Source: an uncultured Candidatus Obscuribacterales bacterium (lineage in GTDB: Bacteria; Cyanobacteriota; Vampirovibrionia; Obscuribacterales; Obscuribacteraceae). Taken from it: 35,808 nt of DNA. Every line of letters starts with the position of its first letter. Positions within the stretch are counted from its first letter, which is position 1. The translations under genes and the position numbers were made by a program. Under the pieces are notes generated by a model, which was given only the letters and a program-made list of their open reading frames with translations, did no database searches and was not told the DNA's origin. Positions 33,209 to 35,808 of this stretch are shown in pieces. The stretch lies in the NCBI GenBank assembly GCA_964531315.1, contig CAZHEZ010000061.1, forward strand, positions 1-35,808. The letters run 5' to 3'.

Positions 33209-35365
33209 TTACTTCTTGTCGGTCGCAGCCGGAGCCGGCGCGGACGCGTTGCCGCCCTTGCCTTCCTTCATCTGCGAGACGAGCAGACCGAGCAGCGCGC
33301 TGCCGATACCACCCGATTCGCCATTGCCGCCGGCAACGACGTCCGGAGTGATGCGGATGCCCTTCTCGGCGAGCGCAGTGATCGCGGTGACCAGAGCAAC
33401 GCCGCCCTGACCCATCGCTTCCACCTGCTCCTTGTAAGCCGCACCCTGCGCCTTACCCTTCAGCTCGGTGACCTTCGCTTCGGCTTCACCGGTCTGCTGG
33501 ATGTAGGCAGCTTCACCGGCTGCGGTCTTCTTGCGGGCGTCGGCCGTACGCTCGGCGATTTCCACGCCAACCGTCGCAGCCATCAGGTCCTTCTGCTTGT
33601 CCGCCTGCGCCGTGATCTTCTCCAGCTCGATGCGCTTCTGCTGCGCTTCCTGCTGGGCGCCGTACATGGACTGACGCTGCTCAGCGAGAATCTTCTCGGT
33701 CTGAGTGGTCATCAGCTCTTCGGGCAGATGGATGTGGCAGATGAGCACGTTGACGACGTCAACGTGGTACTTCAGCAGGTGCGCCCGAACCTTGGCTTCG
33801 GCCTTCTCCTGCTCGTCGTGACGATTCTGCAGGTATGCCATCGCCGACGATTCGGAGGCCTGGTTGCGGAAGATGCTGTCGATCGTCGGGTGCATCACGT
33901 TCTGCTTGAGGTTGTCGATGCCGCCGATCTTGGCGACCATGAACGGAGCGTCCTCAGGCTTCACGCGGAACACGACCCGAACTTCCAGCTTCATCTTGAA
34001 GCCGTCCTTCGAAATCACTTCGAAAGGATCGAAGCTGCTCTTGCTGTCGCCCTCGGTCCATTCCACCGTCTGGTTGGTGGTGGGGATGATGACAGGCGTC
34101 GCCGCCTTGGTGTTGACGTAGTACTTGCCGGGTCCGACCACCGCCTTCTGGATGCCGCGGAAGCCTTCCGGCACCACGTATCCTTCACGGTTGCCCGATT
34201 CCAGGCGCCGGTCGGCGGCGTCGTTGGCCAGGCCAACTTCCGCTTCCGCTTCGGCATCGGCTTCGCCGTTGTGCTCGTGCTTCAGGGCCTCGATGCGCTG
34301 TTGACGCTCGCGGTCCATCTGCACCTTGACCTCTTCGGTCGGGTCCTTGCCTTCGTTCGAAACGACGACGGCAACTTCACCCGGCTTCACTTCCTTGGCC
34401 GAGTCGCCCTCGACCTTGAAGAGCAGGGGATTGACGTAGTAAGTGCCGGGACGCAGCAGGTCCTTCTGGGGACCGCGTTGACCGCCGGCGTTCAGGAAGG
34501 CCTGGCCGTCCTGGAAGTTGTTGTGACCGGTGACGGCCTTGGCGACGAAGTCGTTGGCGGTCATCACCTCGCCGTCCAGCGCTTCGACCAGACCGACCTT
34601 GTCGTTCTCGATGACGGTAGCGGGATGCATCGTCACCGTGAAGAGACCGGGCTTCTGGCCTTCCGTGCCAGTGGACTCACGCAGAATGCGGTAGGTACCG
34701 GGGGTGAGAGCCTCGACCTGAGGACCCTTCTGACCGTGGCTCTGGATGAACCCTTCGGCGTCCTGGAAGTGGTTGTGGCCGTCGATCGCTTTGCCGAGCA
34801 GGCGACCGGGGTTGAGCGACTCACCGTCCGCCGCGGTAATCACGCCGACCTGTCCTTGCGGAACGACGGTCTGCTTGCAGATGCTGACGCGGAAGAGGTA
34901 GGGGTGGATGGGCCACAGACCAGGAGGCAGAGTGCGCATCTGGATGCCCTTGACGCCGCCCTGCGTGAGGAAGGCGATCGGGTTCTGGAAGTTGTCGTGC
35001 GCGTTGTTGGCCTCGTCCGGAGCGAAGATGCGGCCGGCAGGCAGAGGCTTGCCGTCGACGGCTTCGATGACGCCGACTTCGTCGGATGCGATGCTCACCA
35101 GAGAAACCTTCTGGACGATGCGCTCGATCGGGAACATGATGAAATGCAGACCCGGCTTCAGGACGTCCGCCTGGATGCCGACTTCACCGCTGGTGGCGAC
35201 GACGCGCCCGGAGGCCATCTTCTTACCGTAGTAACGGCGCTCCTTGATGGCGATTTCCTTGGCGCCGACGTTGACCAGGAAGCGAGTGACGAGCAAGAAC
35301 AAGAAGGCGATACCGACGACAATCGGTACGACCGTCCAAAGGATCGTTGAGATTTCTGGGGTCAT
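33209..35365 (-). CDS. SPFH/band-7 (flotillin-like, YqiK-type) membrane protein with internal tandem repeats
   Basis: Start set at the Met at 35365 (MTPEISTILWTVVPIVVGIAFLFLLV, TM helix) with SD aagagga upstream; the track ORF extends to 35629. Three to four repeats of a ~65-aa unit (…GHNNFQDGQAFLNAGGQRGPQKDLLRPGTYYVNP…). C-terminal SPFH core (KMKLEVRVVFRVKPEDAPF…VLICHIHLPEEL…) and a flotillin-type charged Glu/Ala/Gln/Lys-rich helical tail. Confidence 0.75.
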   Translation of the reverse strand: MTPEISTILWTVVPIVVGIAFLFLLVTRFLVNVGAKEIAIKERRYYGKKMASGRVVATSGEVGIQADVLKPGLHFIMFPIERIVQKVSLVSIASDEVGVIEAVDGKPLPAGRIFAPDEANNAHDNFQNPIAFLTQGGVKGIQMRTLPPGLWPIHPYLFRVSICKQTVVPQGQVGVITAADGESLNPGRLLGKAIDGHNHFQDAEGFIQSHGQKGPQVEALTPGTYRILRESTGTEGQKPGLFTVTMHPATVIENDKVGLVEALDGEVMTANDFVAKAVTGHNNFQDGQAFLNAGGQRGPQKDLLRPGTYYVNPLLFKVEGDSAKEVKPGEVAVVVSNEGKDPTEEVKVQMDRERQQRIEALKHEHNGEADAEAEAEVGLANDAADRRLESGNREGYVVPEGFRGIQKAVVGPGKYYVNTKAATPVIIPTTNQTVEWTEGDSKSSFDPFEVISKDGFKMKLEVRVVFRVKPEDAPFMVAKIGGIDNLKQNVMHPTIDSIFRNQASESSAMAYLQNRHDEQEKAEAKVRAHLLKYHVDVVNVLICHIHLPEELMTTQTEKILAEQRQSMYGAQQEAQQKRIELEKITAQADKQKDLMAATVGVEIAERTADARKKTAAGEAAYIQQTGEAEAKVTELKGKAQGAAYKEQVEAMGQGGVALVTAITALAEKGIRITPDVVAGGNGESGGIGSALLGLLVSQMKEGKGGNASAPAPAATDKK

Positions 35366-35808
35366 GTAGTGGTCCTCTTTCTCGAGAGTTTTGGTTGACG
35401 CTATTCGGAGCTCAACCTGGTTGCACGAGGCAAATCCACCGTCTCTGGTCCGAAACCCAAAGCGATGACTTTCAACAAAGATGCCGAACCTTAAATCCAA
35501 TTGGATTCTGAATGCGCCGAGTTTTGTGCGGTGAGCTTGGCGTTGTGGTTGGTTCGGGTCCTTGAGAAAGATTTGATAGGTAGACCCCCAATCTATGGAG
35601 GGAAGGCTGGAATTTACAACGATTGTCAAGAGGAGGCGGCGAATTGAATCATAACGGCTCTAGCGCGGCTCGCGCAGAGGCTGGCGAACTCCAAGAAGTG
35701 GCCGCTTCGCGCGATGCGCGCACTTCTTGCGGATTTCGCACTAGCTTTTATTCATCCTGGGTCTTTTAACTTTGCAGCACCGTGATTATTTCTTGGGGCT
35801 GGGCATAC

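Noticed and set aside
33728-35350. 540-aa plus-strand ORF inside the flotillin-like gene
   Set aside because: Antisense shadow. Its Asp/Gly/Val/Leu-rich composition mirrors the Glu/Ala/Gln/Lys-rich sense strand.
1-35808. tRNA, rRNA, CRISPR arrays, transposases or integrases
   Set aside because: No T-loop-like GGTTCGANTCC motifs, no regularly spaced direct repeats with spacers, and no recognisable transposase or integrase motifs were seen. The repeats present are paralogous genes and short regulatory-type motifs instead.

Overview
GC-rich bacterial chromosomal segment with canonical Shine-Dalgarno sites. Recognisable genes are a Gram-negative-like trpS, an HtrA-type protease, an SPFH/flotillin protein, a LOG-family protein, a nucleoside 2-deoxyribosyltransferase-like protein and LemA/TPM-type pairs. 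Most other proteins are hypothetical and fall into paralogous families repeated inside the window. No rRNA, tRNA, CRISPR array, transposase or integrase was recognised. Main observations: (i) a tandemly duplicated two-gene module at 26.2-30.5 kb (a two-TM, Cys-rich, TPM-like protein plus a LemA-family protein); (ii) three unrelated uncharacterised protein families (called X, Y and Z here) that co-occur in two separate plus-strand loci (3.4-6.2 kb and 11.2-17.0 kb); (iii) a seven-gene minus-strand cluster (18.8-25.0 kb) with three tandem ~150-aa paralogs, an ASCH-domain fusion protein, a Cys-rich protein and two large unknown proteins, separated by perfect palindromic hairpins; (iv) a three-copy conserved non-coding module (inverted repeat, long GNRA-capped hairpin, 16-nt box GGTATyGTATATGGTr) lying ~270-340 nt upstream of plus-strand small-protein genes; (v) a trpS gene that carries a 1-nt frameshift in this sequence; (vi) an 809-aa LysM plus papain-like cysteine peptidase with no signal peptide and a GTG first codon; (vii) two small ORFs whose His/Arg/Pro-rich C-terminal tails are encoded by a nucleotide repeat with the stop codon inside a hairpin loop. 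All domain assignments come from reading motifs by eye and need profile searches to confirm.
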